Positions 20,664 through 30,761 of a DNA stretch of 64,000 nucleotides are shown in pieces. The stretch comes from Promethearchaeota archaeon (GTDB lineage Archaea; Asgardarchaeota; Lokiarchaeia; Sigyniarchaeales; SOKP01). Position 1 is the first letter of the stretch. Every line of letters starts with the position of its first letter. The position numbers were made by a program, and so were the translations under genes. The notes under the pieces are model-generated. The model saw only the letters and a list, made by a program, of their open reading frames with translations, did not search any database and was not told the origin of the DNA. The stretch lies in assembly GCA_019058295.1 (NCBI GenBank), contig JAHPZI010000019.1, forward strand, positions 13,005 to 77,004, given 5' to 3'.

Positions 20664-20677
20664 TTCAATTAATTTTT

Positions 20678-21307
20678 TTATATATATTTTCTTACAACTT
20701 CGCCTCTTGGGGTTTTTTCTTCAAATAAAATAGCTTGAAATGAATAAATTTTAGTACTTAGATCTTTCCAAGCATCTGTGGGAAGCCATGCTTTTTGACA
20801 AGTATGGGAGAGAAAGGTTTCCACATCCCAGTTCCGATCATGATCCACCGGAACTTGAGGGAGTAATAATCCTCTTCGCGCCCCTAATTCTGCGATTAAT
20901 CCATCCCTTCCAATAACGATTTTTTCGAGATACTCTTTAGGATCGTTTACTTCAATTTGTTTAGGTGGAGTTAATATAGATATTTCGATTACGATATCGT
21001 CCATTTCTTCTAATCTAACTGAACGGAAACGAGGATCTTCTATAGCTGAACTAATTGAAACTCTATGAACCACCTCATATAAAGGATAAGTAGGTTCTAT
21101 ATAACCTATGCACCCTCTCAAAGGATTGCCTCCTACATTGAATTTATTTAAAGTAACGAATGCTCCATAATTGTTTGCGAACTTTTGTTTAATTTCTTCG
21201 GGAACACCTATTCTTTTATTATTTTTTAGATAATGCTCGATGTTTTCCCTTGCAAAATTGATAAGCATCTTTCCCTCTTCTACACTAAATTTCTCCTCGT
21301 TTGACAT
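20678..21307 (-). CDS. AMMECR1 domain protein
   Basis: GAFVTL, LRGCIG, DPRF and GLLLPQV motifs. Confidence 0.95.
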   Translation of the reverse strand: MSNEEKFSVEEGKMLINFARENIEHYLKNNKRIGVPEEIKQKFANNYGAFVTLNKFNVGGNPLRGCIGYIEPTYPLYEVVHRVSISSAIEDPRFRSVRLEEMDDIVIEISILTPPKQIEVNDPKEYLEKIVIGRDGLIAELGARRGLLLPQVPVDHDRNWDVETFLSHTCQKAWLPTDAWKDLSTKIYSFQAILFEEKTPRGEVVRKYI

Positions 21308-21370
21308 AATATTAACCTAAAAATTTTCTTATATGTATAAATAAAATTAAGTTACTTGATATTTTATATT

Positions 21371-22762
21371 TTATAGGAATTTTATTATCGAGCCCATTGG
21401 TGTAGAATTTTCAATATTAATTTCTACTCCTCTTAAAAAGACTTTCCAAATTTGGATGTTTGTTTCAAAGTTTTCGAATGGTGAAAATTTTGCCTTTGTT
21501 TTAAAATTTTGAGAATTAATTTTATATTGTGGAATTTTATCAATAATCATTAAATCAGCAACATAGCCTACTTTTATAAATCCTTTATTTTTTAATTTAA
21601 ATTGTTTTGCTGGTTGTTCTGACGCTGCCTTTACAAAATTTTCTAATGATAATTCATAATGGCATACTTTATTAAGTAATAAAAGTGGATAGGTTTCAAA
21701 TCCTGGAAATCCTGAAGGTGCATCAGAATATTCTCCTGATTTTTCTTTTAGTGTATGTGGGGCGTGATCAGTTCCGATTAATTGTATTTTTCCATCTAAT
21801 AATTCATTTAATAAGAACTGTGAATGATTCTCATCTCTTAAAGGAGGCAAAACTTTACCATAATTATCATTACTTAGTATAACCTTATTTGACAAAATTA
21901 GGTGATGAGGTGTAATTTCAAATGTTATTTTTAAATTTTTATAAGTATTTATTGCTTTTTTTATTAAAGAATAACTGTCTATACAACTTATATGACAGAA
22001 ATGAATAATCGGATAATTTTTGGACTCTAAATCATTATCAGTAATAATTTTATAATAATTTTCAAGAATAAAATTCACATATTTCGCTTCCATTTGACAC
22101 GGATAAAGCATATTATGTAATTCTAGCGCATTATAATTTTCTAATGTGTTTTCTTGAAGAATATCCTCTTTTTTATCCTCAGTTATCGCCCAATCGGGGT
22201 GAATAAAAATAGGAATTTGGTATTTTGATGAGATAAGAAGAATCTTTTGAATATTTAACCAGTCAGTCCAATCAACTTCATTCAAAGAACTAAGTGGGTA
22301 TATTTTAAACCCAATTACACCTAAATCTATAATTTTAATAATTTCTTCAAAATTGATTCCTTTAGGGACTCCTGCAATAAATCCGACATCTACATGAATA
22401 TTTTTTTGAGCCTTATCCATCCATTTCTTAACTTGTTTGGCGGAAATTGCGGGAGGTTTTGTATTAGGCATATTAAAAACAGTTGTTATTCCGGAAAACG
22501 CAGCTGCTTTCGTTCCTGTTAGAAATGTTTCTTTTTCGGATTGATCCATATCACGTAAATGAGAATGAATATCGATAATTCCCGGGATAATTAATTTATT
22601 TTCGCAATTAATTTCTTTTCCATCATCATTATTTTGAGTGATAAAATTATAATCTTCTACAGAAGGATCAAAACAAATTGATTGAATAATTCCCTTGTTG
22701 ATAAGAAGTGCGCCTTTACGTACTATGCCTTCTGAATAAATCTTAGCATTCTGTAAAATCAT
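21371..22762 (-). CDS. pyrC: Dihydroorotase
   Basis: DIHSHLR, MPNT.P, HIS, EITPHHL, PPLR and TDHAPH motifs. Confidence 0.85.
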   Translation of the reverse strand: MILQNAKIYSEGIVRKGALLINKGIIQSICFDPSVEDYNFITQNNDDGKEINCENKLIIPGIIDIHSHLRDMDQSEKETFLTGTKAAAFSGITTVFNMPNTKPPAISAKQVKKWMDKAQKNIHVDVGFIAGVPKGINFEEIIKIIDLGVIGFKIYPLSSLNEVDWTDWLNIQKILLISSKYQIPIFIHPDWAITEDKKEDILQENTLENYNALELHNMLYPCQMEAKYVNFILENYYKIITDNDLESKNYPIIHFCHISCIDSYSLIKKAINTYKNLKITFEITPHHLILSNKVILSNDNYGKVLPPLRDENHSQFLLNELLDGKIQLIGTDHAPHTLKEKSGEYSDAPSGFPGFETYPLLLLNKVCHYELSLENFVKAASEQPAKQFKLKNKGFIKVGYVADLMIIDKIPQYKINSQNFKTKAKFSPFENFETNIQIWKVFLRGVEINIENSTPMGSIIKFL

Positions 22763-23423
22763 ATTTATCTTGTTTTTTCAATAAATCTACTCGAAAATTA
22801 ACATACAAAAATTTATCTTCTATACTATTAATTTTTGAAAGCGTTAAAAATTTTATATCTTTCAAATCTTTAAACAGTTGAAAAAAGTTGGAATCTTCAA
22901 TTATTGTATTGTATGCGGGAATAATGTAGAAAAAGTCAGATATAGGATTTAAAGTTTCAAATTCATTAACTGTAAGATATGAGTTTACTTTTCCTACATC
23001 GTCATCATTAATTATAAAAATGGGTTTGAAAGATGGAAAAGATTTAAAATACTTAATAAACGATTCGTTATTGGAAAATTTCCTTATATGAATACCGGGG
23101 GTTGATCTTCTCCAATCTTCAATATCTGAAGAATTAAATAGGTTTATTTTGTCTATGGCTTTTTTTAATAACAAAGCTTGCGAACGCTCGTCCGGACCTA
23201 AATATTTTAATCTATTCCCTTCAAATTTAATTAATACCCCTTCATTTTGAAAATATAATAACAAATTATTCTCTTTTCTGATTGCATAGGAAAGACAGAA
23301 AGTCTCACGAATACAAGAACAAATTATGTAAATTTCAAAAGGAGTTTTTCCTACATCAATATCCTTTTTATTATAGTTAGTGAGATTTTTAACTAATAAT
23401 AAGAAATTTACCAATCTAATCAA
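22743..23423 (-). CDS. TrmY-like SPOUT tRNA pseudouridine(54)-N1-methyltransferase, divergent
   Basis: LS..IR, PDERS and STPGI motifs; next to srp54. Confidence 0.6.
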   Translation of the reverse strand: MIRLVNFLLLVKNLTNYNKKDIDVGKTPFEIYIICSCIRETFCLSYAIRKENNLLLYFQNEGVLIKFEGNRLKYLGPDERSQALLLKKAIDKINLFNSSDIEDWRRSTPGIHIRKFSNNESFIKYFKSFPSFKPIFIINDDDVGKVNSYLTVNEFETLNPISDFFYIIPAYNTIIEDSNFFQLFKDLKDIKFLTLSKINSIEDKFLYVNFRVDLLKKQDKYDFTEC

Positions 23424-23438
23424 GAAAAGTAAGAATAT

Positions 23439-24815
23439 CTAAAATTTAAAATTTTTACTTAATTTATCCATAAATGCTGCAGCACCTTTTCCCATTCCCG
23501 GCATTCCCGGCATTCCTTTTCCCTTTTTGCGAGCTTGTAAAAATCGTTTCATCATTTTCTTCATTTGGTTATATTGATCTAACATTTTATTAATTACAGC
23601 ATATTCTGTACCCGAACCGATTGCAATTCGTCTTTTCCTTGTCTTTTTAATAATTTTTGGAGTTTCTTTCTCTTCCTGCGTCATAGAATCTAAAACTACT
23701 CTCCATTTCTCAATATTTCTTTCTGCATCATCTTTTAGGGCGTCGGGAATGTTCCCTCCCCCCATCATTGCAAGAATTTCCCGCATTTTACCGACTTTTT
23801 TTATATTTTTAATCTGCATATAGAGATCTTCTAATGTGAATCTCCCTTTCATCATACGTTTGACCGCCTCAGGATCGGGCATAACTTCTGCTTCTTGAAC
23901 TCTTTGTACAAGGGCTTCGAGATTTGGAATACCTAAAAGGGTACCTACAAAACTAGTCGCTTCGAATTCTTCAAAGGCATCTATTTTTTCACCAATCCCA
24001 ATAAATCGAATGGGAACATTGGTAGCAGCACAAGCAGATAAGGCACCTCCTCCTTTTGCTGTACCGTCTAATTTAGTAACTATAATGCTTCCAAGATTTG
24101 TTGCTTTGCCAAATTCTTCAGCTTGAGGGTAAGCTTGTTGCCCAAGTGTTCCGTCAATCACCAGTATAGTTTCGTTTGGCTTTAAAACACTTTCAATCTT
24201 CTGCATTTCTGTCATTAATTCTTTTTCCTCTTTGTGTCTTCCTGCTGTATCGACAATAATTATGTCATGTCCATCTGCCAATGCCCTTTTAGTTTCTTTA
24301 ACGGCGATTTTTAAAGCATTCTTTTCGTTCGGATTCCCATAACATTTTACAGGAATTTGTTTAGTTAATTGAACAAGTTGTTCGTAAGCTCCAGGCCGAT
24401 AAGTGTCCGTCGTAATTGTAGCAACTTTATAGCCCTTGCTATTGTAAAATTTAGCCAATTTTCCAATCGTTGTGGTTTTACCTGAACCTTGGATTCCTAC
24501 AAGTAGAATAACATTTTTTTTCCCCGGTTTTATCCTTATGGGGGCTTGTTTTCCTCCTAAAACATGCACTAATTCATCGTGGATTAATGAAATAACGAAA
24601 TCTTTTCTTTTTGCTTTCTGAAGTTTAGTATTCATTGCCTCTTTTTTAATATTTTCTGTCATTTCAAACACTAATTCGACTTTTACATCTGCACTTAGAA
24701 GTGCTCGTTGTAAATCTTGAATTAGAGCATTAATGGCATCTTTATCTACTCTGGGAAGACGACGTAATTTTCTAATAGCGTTATCCAAATTGCGACCGAG
24801 ATTTTCTAAAACCAT
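23439..24815 (-). CDS. srp54: Signal recognition particle protein SRP54
   Basis: [19 protein letters not shown] and a Met-rich M domain. Confidence 0.97.
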   Translation of the reverse strand: MVLENLGRNLDNAIRKLRRLPRVDKDAINALIQDLQRALLSADVKVELVFEMTENIKKEAMNTKLQKAKRKDFVISLIHDELVHVLGGKQAPIRIKPGKKNVILLVGIQGSGKTTTIGKLAKFYNSKGYKVATITTDTYRPGAYEQLVQLTKQIPVKCYGNPNEKNALKIAVKETKRALADGHDIIIVDTAGRHKEEKELMTEMQKIESVLKPNETILVIDGTLGQQAYPQAEEFGKATNLGSIIVTKLDGTAKGGGALSACAATNVPIRFIGIGEKIDAFEEFEATSFVGTLLGIPNLEALVQRVQEAEVMPDPEAVKRMMKGRFTLEDLYMQIKNIKKVGKMREILAMMGGGNIPDALKDDAERNIEKWRVVLDSMTQEEKETPKIIKKTRKRRIAIGSGTEYAVINKMLDQYNQMKKMMKRFLQARKKGKGMPGMPGMGKGAAAFMDKLSKNFKF

Positions 24816-24948
24816 AAGTCAAGTAATCTCTAATTTTATTACCTATTTGATTTAATATTCAAAACCTAATATTTTTTTTTAATAAAAATATTAATAAATT
24901 AAAAAGAATGAAATGTCAAAAATAAAAATATTCATAAATTAATTAAGA

Positions 24949-25389
24949 TTGGTGTTTACAATTAGCATACGTCGAACTGAAATCCAGAAGCTTAAGACTG
25001 GAAATTTTATCATGGTTGATGATGAACCTTGCGTTATAAAAAGTACTGAACGTTCGAAGAGCGGCAAACATGGCCATGCGAAGGTCCGGGTGTCTTGTAT
25101 TGGAATGTTTGATAATAACAAGAGATCTTTAACTTTTCCGAGTGGTCAAATGGTGGAGGTTCCAGAAATTATAAAAGGCAATGCCCAGATTAACTATATT
25201 GAGGATACACTCATTAATGTCATGGATTTAGAAAGTTACGAGTCCGTGGATATAGATTGGCCCAGAGATGAAGATTTAATAAAAAAATTAAAAGAACTAC
25301 AAGCCGATCCTAGTAAAATGTCGTCCTCACAAGTAGATTATTGGCAATTAGCTGGAAAAATGCTTATCAATAGAGTGTTTACCACATAA
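24949..25389 (+). CDS. eif5a: Translation factor aIF-5A
   Basis: Hypusination motif SKSGKHGHAK; start may be ATT 24961. Confidence 0.95.
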   Translation: MVFTISIRRTEIQKLKTGNFIMVDDEPCVIKSTERSKSGKHGHAKVRVSCIGMFDNNKRSLTFPSGQMVEVPEIIKGNAQINYIEDTLINVMDLESYESVDIDWPRDEDLIKKLKELQADPSKMSSSQVDYWQLAGKMLINRVFTT

Positions 25390-25488
25390 CTTCTTTCACA
25401 TAAATTAATTCAATCTTTCTTAATTAATTGTTTTCTTAAAATCAGCTTTAAAAACTTATTAATTCCAATTAAGAGATTTTGTGTTATT

Positions 25489-26397
25489 ATGGAGAAAAAA
25501 GCGATTGCAATAGCTTGCCGAATGGATTCGGAAAGAGCAATTAAGTTAGCTAAAAGGATTTTTGAATTTTTAATCAAGAAGGGTGAAGTTGTTTACCCAG
25601 AAACTAGAATAGCGCCAAAAATTCTTCCCCATAGTGGTAAAGATTTAAATGAAATGAATTCTAACGATATAAAGTTTTTAATTTCGATTGGTGGTGATGG
25701 AACCCTTCTCAGAGTAGCAAATTGTTTACCACAAAATGATGCCCCTCCAATATTCGGCGTAAACATTGGATCTATAGGATTTTTAGACGAATCTAATGAA
25801 AGAATTGTATTTAACGATTTAAACCCTTTATTAAATGGAGAATTTATAATCGAAAAATGTTCTAAAATTACTCCCTACATAGTTAAAGATAATGAAGAAA
25901 TTAAACTCAACAATGCGTTAAACGAGATACTAATTGTTTCCTCCAAACATTCAAAAGTCTTACAAGTGTCATTAAGAATTAATGGGATTTTCCTCAATCG
26001 AAGCTATTTAGACGGAGTAATTATCTCGACTTCAACTGGGTCCACGGCTTATAACCTAAGTGCTGGGGGGTCAATAATTACACCAAACACAGAAATTATG
26101 CAAATAACTCCCCTAAATAGTTTTGCTCGTTCTGGATTAAGACCTATGGTTCTTCCTATTGAATCAGAAATAGAGATTGAGCTTTTAAGACCTCGATTGA
26201 ATGCTAAGATTGTGGTAGATGGTCAACAAGTAATAAAAGATATTCAGCCGAATACATTAATAAGAGTTCGGAAAGCAAATTCTGAAATTTATCTTATCCG
26301 TTTATCTAAAAATCTTTACGAGAATTATTTTAAAAGATTAAGAAAAAAAATTATTGGTACAGTAAGGGTTCCATTAGATGACTCTCCAGAAGAGTAA
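25489..26397 (+). CDS. nadK: NAD kinase
   Basis: GGDGT, G.IGFL, LNE, DG and GSTAYNLSAGG motifs. Confidence 0.95.
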   Translation: MEKKAIAIACRMDSERAIKLAKRIFEFLIKKGEVVYPETRIAPKILPHSGKDLNEMNSNDIKFLISIGGDGTLLRVANCLPQNDAPPIFGVNIGSIGFLDESNERIVFNDLNPLLNGEFIIEKCSKITPYIVKDNEEIKLNNALNEILIVSSKHSKVLQVSLRINGIFLNRSYLDGVIISTSTGSTAYNLSAGGSIITPNTEIMQITPLNSFARSGLRPMVLPIESEIEIELLRPRLNAKIVVDGQQVIKDIQPNTLIRVRKANSEIYLIRLSKNLYENYFKRLRKKIIGTVRVPLDDSPEE

Positions 26398-26932
26398 TAA
26401 GAAGAATAATGAAATTTTAATTTTTGATACCAATATTTTCCTAATGGGTGTTGATTTCAATTTATTAGAGGGAATTATTTACACTACCGATAATATCATT
26501 GAAGAGGTTAAAGTAGAAAGATATCTTAATAAAAATAGAAACATAATCAATAGAATTCAGGCAGCAATAGATAGTGGTAAGTTAAAAGTAAGAACACCCT
26601 TAAAAACATATGTTTCTAAGATTGATAAATCATCCAAAATAACTGGTGATTATAATGCTCTTTCTAATCCTGATAAAGAATTAATAGATTTAGCTTTAGA
26701 GTTAAAATTTACACGCAATAAGAACATACTTGTATATACTAATGATTATTCTATGCAAAATGTATGCTCTGAGATGCAGATTCCATTTTCACCATTAATT
26801 AGAAAAGGAATTAAATCAAAAATACTCTGGGAAGTATACTGTCCTCATTGTGAGGATATTCACAATGTAGAAGAATTAAATAAACCTTGTGAAAAATGTG
26901 GATTAAAATTAAAGCGACGACCAAAAAAATAA
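26378..26932 (+). CDS. nob1: Nob1 PIN endoribonuclease with Zn ribbon
   Basis: FDTN, LS.PD, TNDY..QN and CxxC...CxxCG motifs. Confidence 0.85.
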   Translation: MTLQKSNKKNNEILIFDTNIFLMGVDFNLLEGIIYTTDNIIEEVKVERYLNKNRNIINRIQAAIDSGKLKVRTPLKTYVSKIDKSSKITGDYNALSNPDKELIDLALELKFTRNKNILVYTNDYSMQNVCSEMQIPFSPLIRKGIKSKILWEVYCPHCEDIHNVEELNKPCEKCGLKLKRRPKK

Positions 26933-27010
26933 AATAAGGATATAGTGGAAATTATATATAAGAATATCCAATTATAATTAGATAAAGACAAAGTGCGAAG
27001 AGAAATTATA

Positions 27011-28051
27011 ATGGGAATAAAAATAAATGAATTAGTGGGAGAAGTAAAGAGATCAATCACATTCGAGAACTTATTCTCAAAAAAAATTGCTATTGATGCG
27101 TTCAATACTATTTATCAATTCTTAGCAATCATTCGTCAGAGAGATGGAACGCCACTGAAAGATTACGAGGGTAACGTTACCTCGCATCTTTCAGGATTAT
27201 TTTATAGAACAATAAATTTCATAGAACATAATATTAAACCTATTTATGTTTTTGATGGAAAACCATCTGAATTAAAGTTAAAGACAATTTCAGAAAGAAG
27301 GAAGATAAAAGAAGAAGCTAAAGTCAAAATGGTTGAGGCGCAAGAAAAAGAGGATTTTAAAGAAGCGAAAAAATTTGCTCAAATGACATCCAAACTCGAT
27401 TCTGATATGATTGAAGAGAGCAAAAAATTAATTTCATTTATGGGCATTCCACTCGTTGAGGCTAGCTCAGAAGGGGAATCTCAATCTGCATATATGGTAG
27501 AAAATGGGGATGCTTGGGCTTGTGCTTCTCAGGATTATGATACTTTATTGTTTGGAGGAGAAAGATTAATAAGAAATTTTGCGGTGAGTCGAAGTAAAAA
27601 GGTTAAGGACACCGCAATCACACTAGATATTGAGTATGTTTCACTATCAAAATTCCTAGACAATTTTGGGATAACCAGAGAACAACTAATAGATATGGGA
27701 ATCTTAATCGGAACTGATTTTTTTCCAGGTATAAAAGGAATTGGACAACATAAAGCATTGGAATTAATAAAAGAACATAAATCAATAGAAAATATTATAA
27801 AAAATAAGATAAAAGAAATTGAACTAGATTTAGATGTGGTTAATCAAATAAAAGATATTTTTTTAAATCCTGATATTAAAAAAGAATACCCAAAATTAAT
27901 CTGGAACAAAATAGATTACGAAAAAATCGAAGAGCTGATGATTGAGCAACATAATTTTTCAGATTCTAGAATTAAAAACGCTTTAGAACGTTTAAGGAAA
28001 AATGATTCTTCTAAAACTCAAGTTTCGCTTGATAGATATTTTAAAAAATAA
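27011..28051 (+). CDS. fen: Flap endonuclease 1
   Basis: IDAFN, VFDG, EGE, SQDYD and GTD motifs; C-terminal PIP box QVSLDRYF. Confidence 0.97.
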   Translation: MGIKINELVGEVKRSITFENLFSKKIAIDAFNTIYQFLAIIRQRDGTPLKDYEGNVTSHLSGLFYRTINFIEHNIKPIYVFDGKPSELKLKTISERRKIKEEAKVKMVEAQEKEDFKEAKKFAQMTSKLDSDMIEESKKLISFMGIPLVEASSEGESQSAYMVENGDAWACASQDYDTLLFGGERLIRNFAVSRSKKVKDTAITLDIEYVSLSKFLDNFGITREQLIDMGILIGTDFFPGIKGIGQHKALELIKEHKSIENIIKNKIKEIELDLDVVNQIKDIFLNPDIKKEYPKLIWNKIDYEKIEELMIEQHNFSDSRIKNALERLRKNDSSKTQVSLDRYFKK

Positions 28052-28144
28052 TAATTTCATTTATATTTCAAAAAGCAAAAATTTTTACAGAATTTAATTA
28101 TTTAATATACATATCATACAAATTCTAATAATAATTGAATAATT

Positions 28145-30373
28145 ATGACCGAAGGAGATAAAGCCGATGATACCGATGTTTCGTCCCCAAGATTTACACT
28201 CAGAGTGCAAAAGGCCAAGAAACGTGATATTGGAAGGAATATTATTCGAATAGACCCTGAAACAATGGAAAAACTAGAGATTCAGACAGGGGATGTTATT
28301 GCGTTAAATGGCAAAAAAGAAAGTGCCGGTATTGCGTGGCCTAGTTATCCTCAAGATAATGGTTTGGGAATTGTTCGAATCGATTCTAGATTAAGGAAAA
28401 ATACCGGTACTAGTATTGATGATTCTATTGAGATTAGGAAAATAGATGCAAAAGTTGCACAAAATATCGTAATTGCTCCCGCCAGTGTTAAAATTAGAAC
28501 AAATCCTAGGTTTGAATCTTTTGTAAAAAGAAAATTAAATAATTATCCAGTTACGATTGATGATATTATTCTAATTTCAATAGGGATAAGTAGAGAAATA
28601 ACTTTTAAAGTTATTAGCTTGAGACCAAAGGGAATATGTGTTATAAAACCTGAGTCGTCTTTGCATATCAGCGAACATGTAACAGAAGACGAAGAAAGGG
28701 GTACTAATTATATCACGTATGAAGATGTTGGCGGTTTAGATAGAGAGATACAACGAGTGCGAGAAATGGTTGAATTGCCTTTACGTCATCCTTCTTTATT
28801 TAAGCGCTTAGGTATAGATCCTCCAAAAGGGGTATTATTAAGAGGACCACCAGGTTGTGGAAAAACTTTATTAGCTAGAGCAGTTGCTAATGAAAGTGAA
28901 GCTCATTTTATATCTATAAATGGACCAGAGATTATGAGTAAATTTTATGGAGAATCTGAAAAAAAACTGCGAAAACTTTTTATCGAAGCGGAAGAAAAAA
29001 GTCCTTCAATAATTTTTATTGACGAAATTGATGCTATTGCTCCTAAAAGAGAGACTGTTACAGGAGAAGTTGAGCGAAGAGTAGTAGCACAATTATTAGC
29101 TTTAATGGATGGATTACATAGTAGAGGAAAAACTATTGTTATAGGTGCTACGAATAGACCTAACAGCTTAGATGAAGCTTTACGCCGTCCTGGACGGTTC
29201 GATCGTGAAATTGAAATAAAAGTTCCTAACGAAAAAGGTCGTCGAGAAATCTTTCAGATACACACTAGAAATATGCCGCTGGATAAAAGATTTTCAATAA
29301 AAGATTACTCTCAAATAACCCATGGGTTTGTAGGGGCTGATATTTCAGCAGTATGCCGAGAGGCGGCTATGTCAGCTCTAAGAAGATATTTACCAAAAAT
29401 AGACTTAGAATCAGAATATATTGATCCCGAATTATTAGAGCAAATTCAAGTAACTAAAAACGATTTTAACCAAGCGTTAAAGGAAGTAATGCCTTCTGGA
29501 ATAAGAGAAGTATTTGTAGAGGTACCGAATGTAACTTGGGAACAAATAGGTGGATTAGATGATTTGAAGCAATTATTAGTAGAAGCGGTAGATTGGCCCT
29601 TATCTCATCCAAAAATATTTAAGAGGATGGGTATTACTCCTCCAAAAGGAATTTTACTTTATGGACCTCCCGGATGCGGAAAAACTTTATTAGCAAGAGC
29701 GGTCGCGACGGAAAGCAAAGCAAATTTTATCTCTATTAAAGGGCCAGAATTATTGTCAAAATGGGTTGGAGAAAGTGAAAAAGCAATAAGAGAAGTTTTT
29801 AGAAAAGCTAAAATGGCAGCACCCTGCATTATCTTTTTTGATGAATTTGATTCTATTGCTCCCTCTCGAGGTCGACACACATCAGATTCAGGTGTGTCTG
29901 AAAAAGTTTTATCTCAATTTCTTACTGAATTAGACGGATTGGAAGTAAATAAAGATATTGTAGTTATAGCAGCATCAAATCGTCCCGATATATTAGACCC
30001 TGCTCTGATTAGACCGGGAAGAATTGACCGAATTTTATTAGTTCCAGCCCCAAACGAGAAAGGAACGTTAGAAATCTTGAAAATTTATACTAAGGATATG
30101 CCCTTAGCAAGCAATTTAAAACTTACTAATCTAAATCAAATGGTTAAAGGTTTTTCTGGTGCCGATATAGAAACTTTTTGTCGTGAAGCTGCTATGATCG
30201 CTCTAAGGGAAAATATTCGAGCGCGAAAAATCTCTGAAGATCATTTTAGGGAGGCAAGAAAATTAGTTAATCCAAGCATTACTCAAGAGATAATTGATTG
30301 GTACACAAATTTCGGAGAACGATTAAAAAGACGGCAATTAGATCAATCAAAAGAAGATAGATTATTTGTATAA
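28145..30373 (+). CDS. cdc48: CDC48/VCP AAA+ ATPase
   Basis: N domain plus two AAA modules (GPPGCGKT, DEID / DEFD). Confidence 0.97.
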   Translation: MTEGDKADDTDVSSPRFTLRVQKAKKRDIGRNIIRIDPETMEKLEIQTGDVIALNGKKESAGIAWPSYPQDNGLGIVRIDSRLRKNTGTSIDDSIEIRKIDAKVAQNIVIAPASVKIRTNPRFESFVKRKLNNYPVTIDDIILISIGISREITFKVISLRPKGICVIKPESSLHISEHVTEDEERGTNYITYEDVGGLDREIQRVREMVELPLRHPSLFKRLGIDPPKGVLLRGPPGCGKTLLARAVANESEAHFISINGPEIMSKFYGESEKKLRKLFIEAEEKSPSIIFIDEIDAIAPKRETVTGEVERRVVAQLLALMDGLHSRGKTIVIGATNRPNSLDEALRRPGRFDREIEIKVPNEKGRREIFQIHTRNMPLDKRFSIKDYSQITHGFVGADISAVCREAAMSALRRYLPKIDLESEYIDPELLEQIQVTKNDFNQALKEVMPSGIREVFVEVPNVTWEQIGGLDDLKQLLVEAVDWPLSHPKIFKRMGITPPKGILLYGPPGCGKTLLARAVATESKANFISIKGPELLSKWVGESEKAIREVFRKAKMAAPCIIFFDEFDSIAPSRGRHTSDSGVSEKVLSQFLTELDGLEVNKDIVVIAASNRPDILDPALIRPGRIDRILLVPAPNEKGTLEILKIYTKDMPLASNLKLTNLNQMVKGFSGADIETFCREAAMIALRENIRARKISEDHFREARKLVNPSITQEIIDWYTNFGERLKRRQLDQSKEDRLFV

Positions 30374-30488
30374 AATTAAAAAATTTAATTAAAAAGCTAT
30401 TATTTTTAAATTTATTACTTAAATCTATTCCTAAATTTCTTATATTTTCTAAATAGATCTAAAAATTAAACACCTATGGTGAAATTTT

Positions 30489-30761
30489 ATCGAATCATAT
30501 CGTTGGAACCAAAAACCAATTTTGAATATAATTATTGAGTTGCTTCTAAAAAATAAAGGAGAGATGTTAGATAAAAGAATGGAAGAATTACTTAAAAAAG
30601 AATTCCCATTCATTAACACATTAGTCTTAGAAGAAATCTTCATGAAGCTGGAAACCATGAACATAATAAATGTTTTCCGAGTCTCAAAAACGAAAAAAAT
30701 GATTGTTCTCAATAAAAATAACGAAAAAATAAACGAGCCCTTGATGCGCGAACTGCTTTAA
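30489..30761 (+). CDS. Small hypothetical protein, possibly winged-helix; start uncertain (ATC 30489 or TTG 30522)
   Basis: Frame open from 30483; GGTGA SD at 30478-30482. Confidence 0.6.
   Translation: MESYRWNQKPILNIIIELLLKNKGEMLDKRMEELLKKEFPFINTLVLEEIFMKLETMNIINVFRVSKTKKMIVLNKNNEKINEPLMRELL

Noticed and set aside
23490-23520. CCCGGCATT tandem repeat
   Set aside because: It encodes the normal GMPGMPGM tail of SRP54
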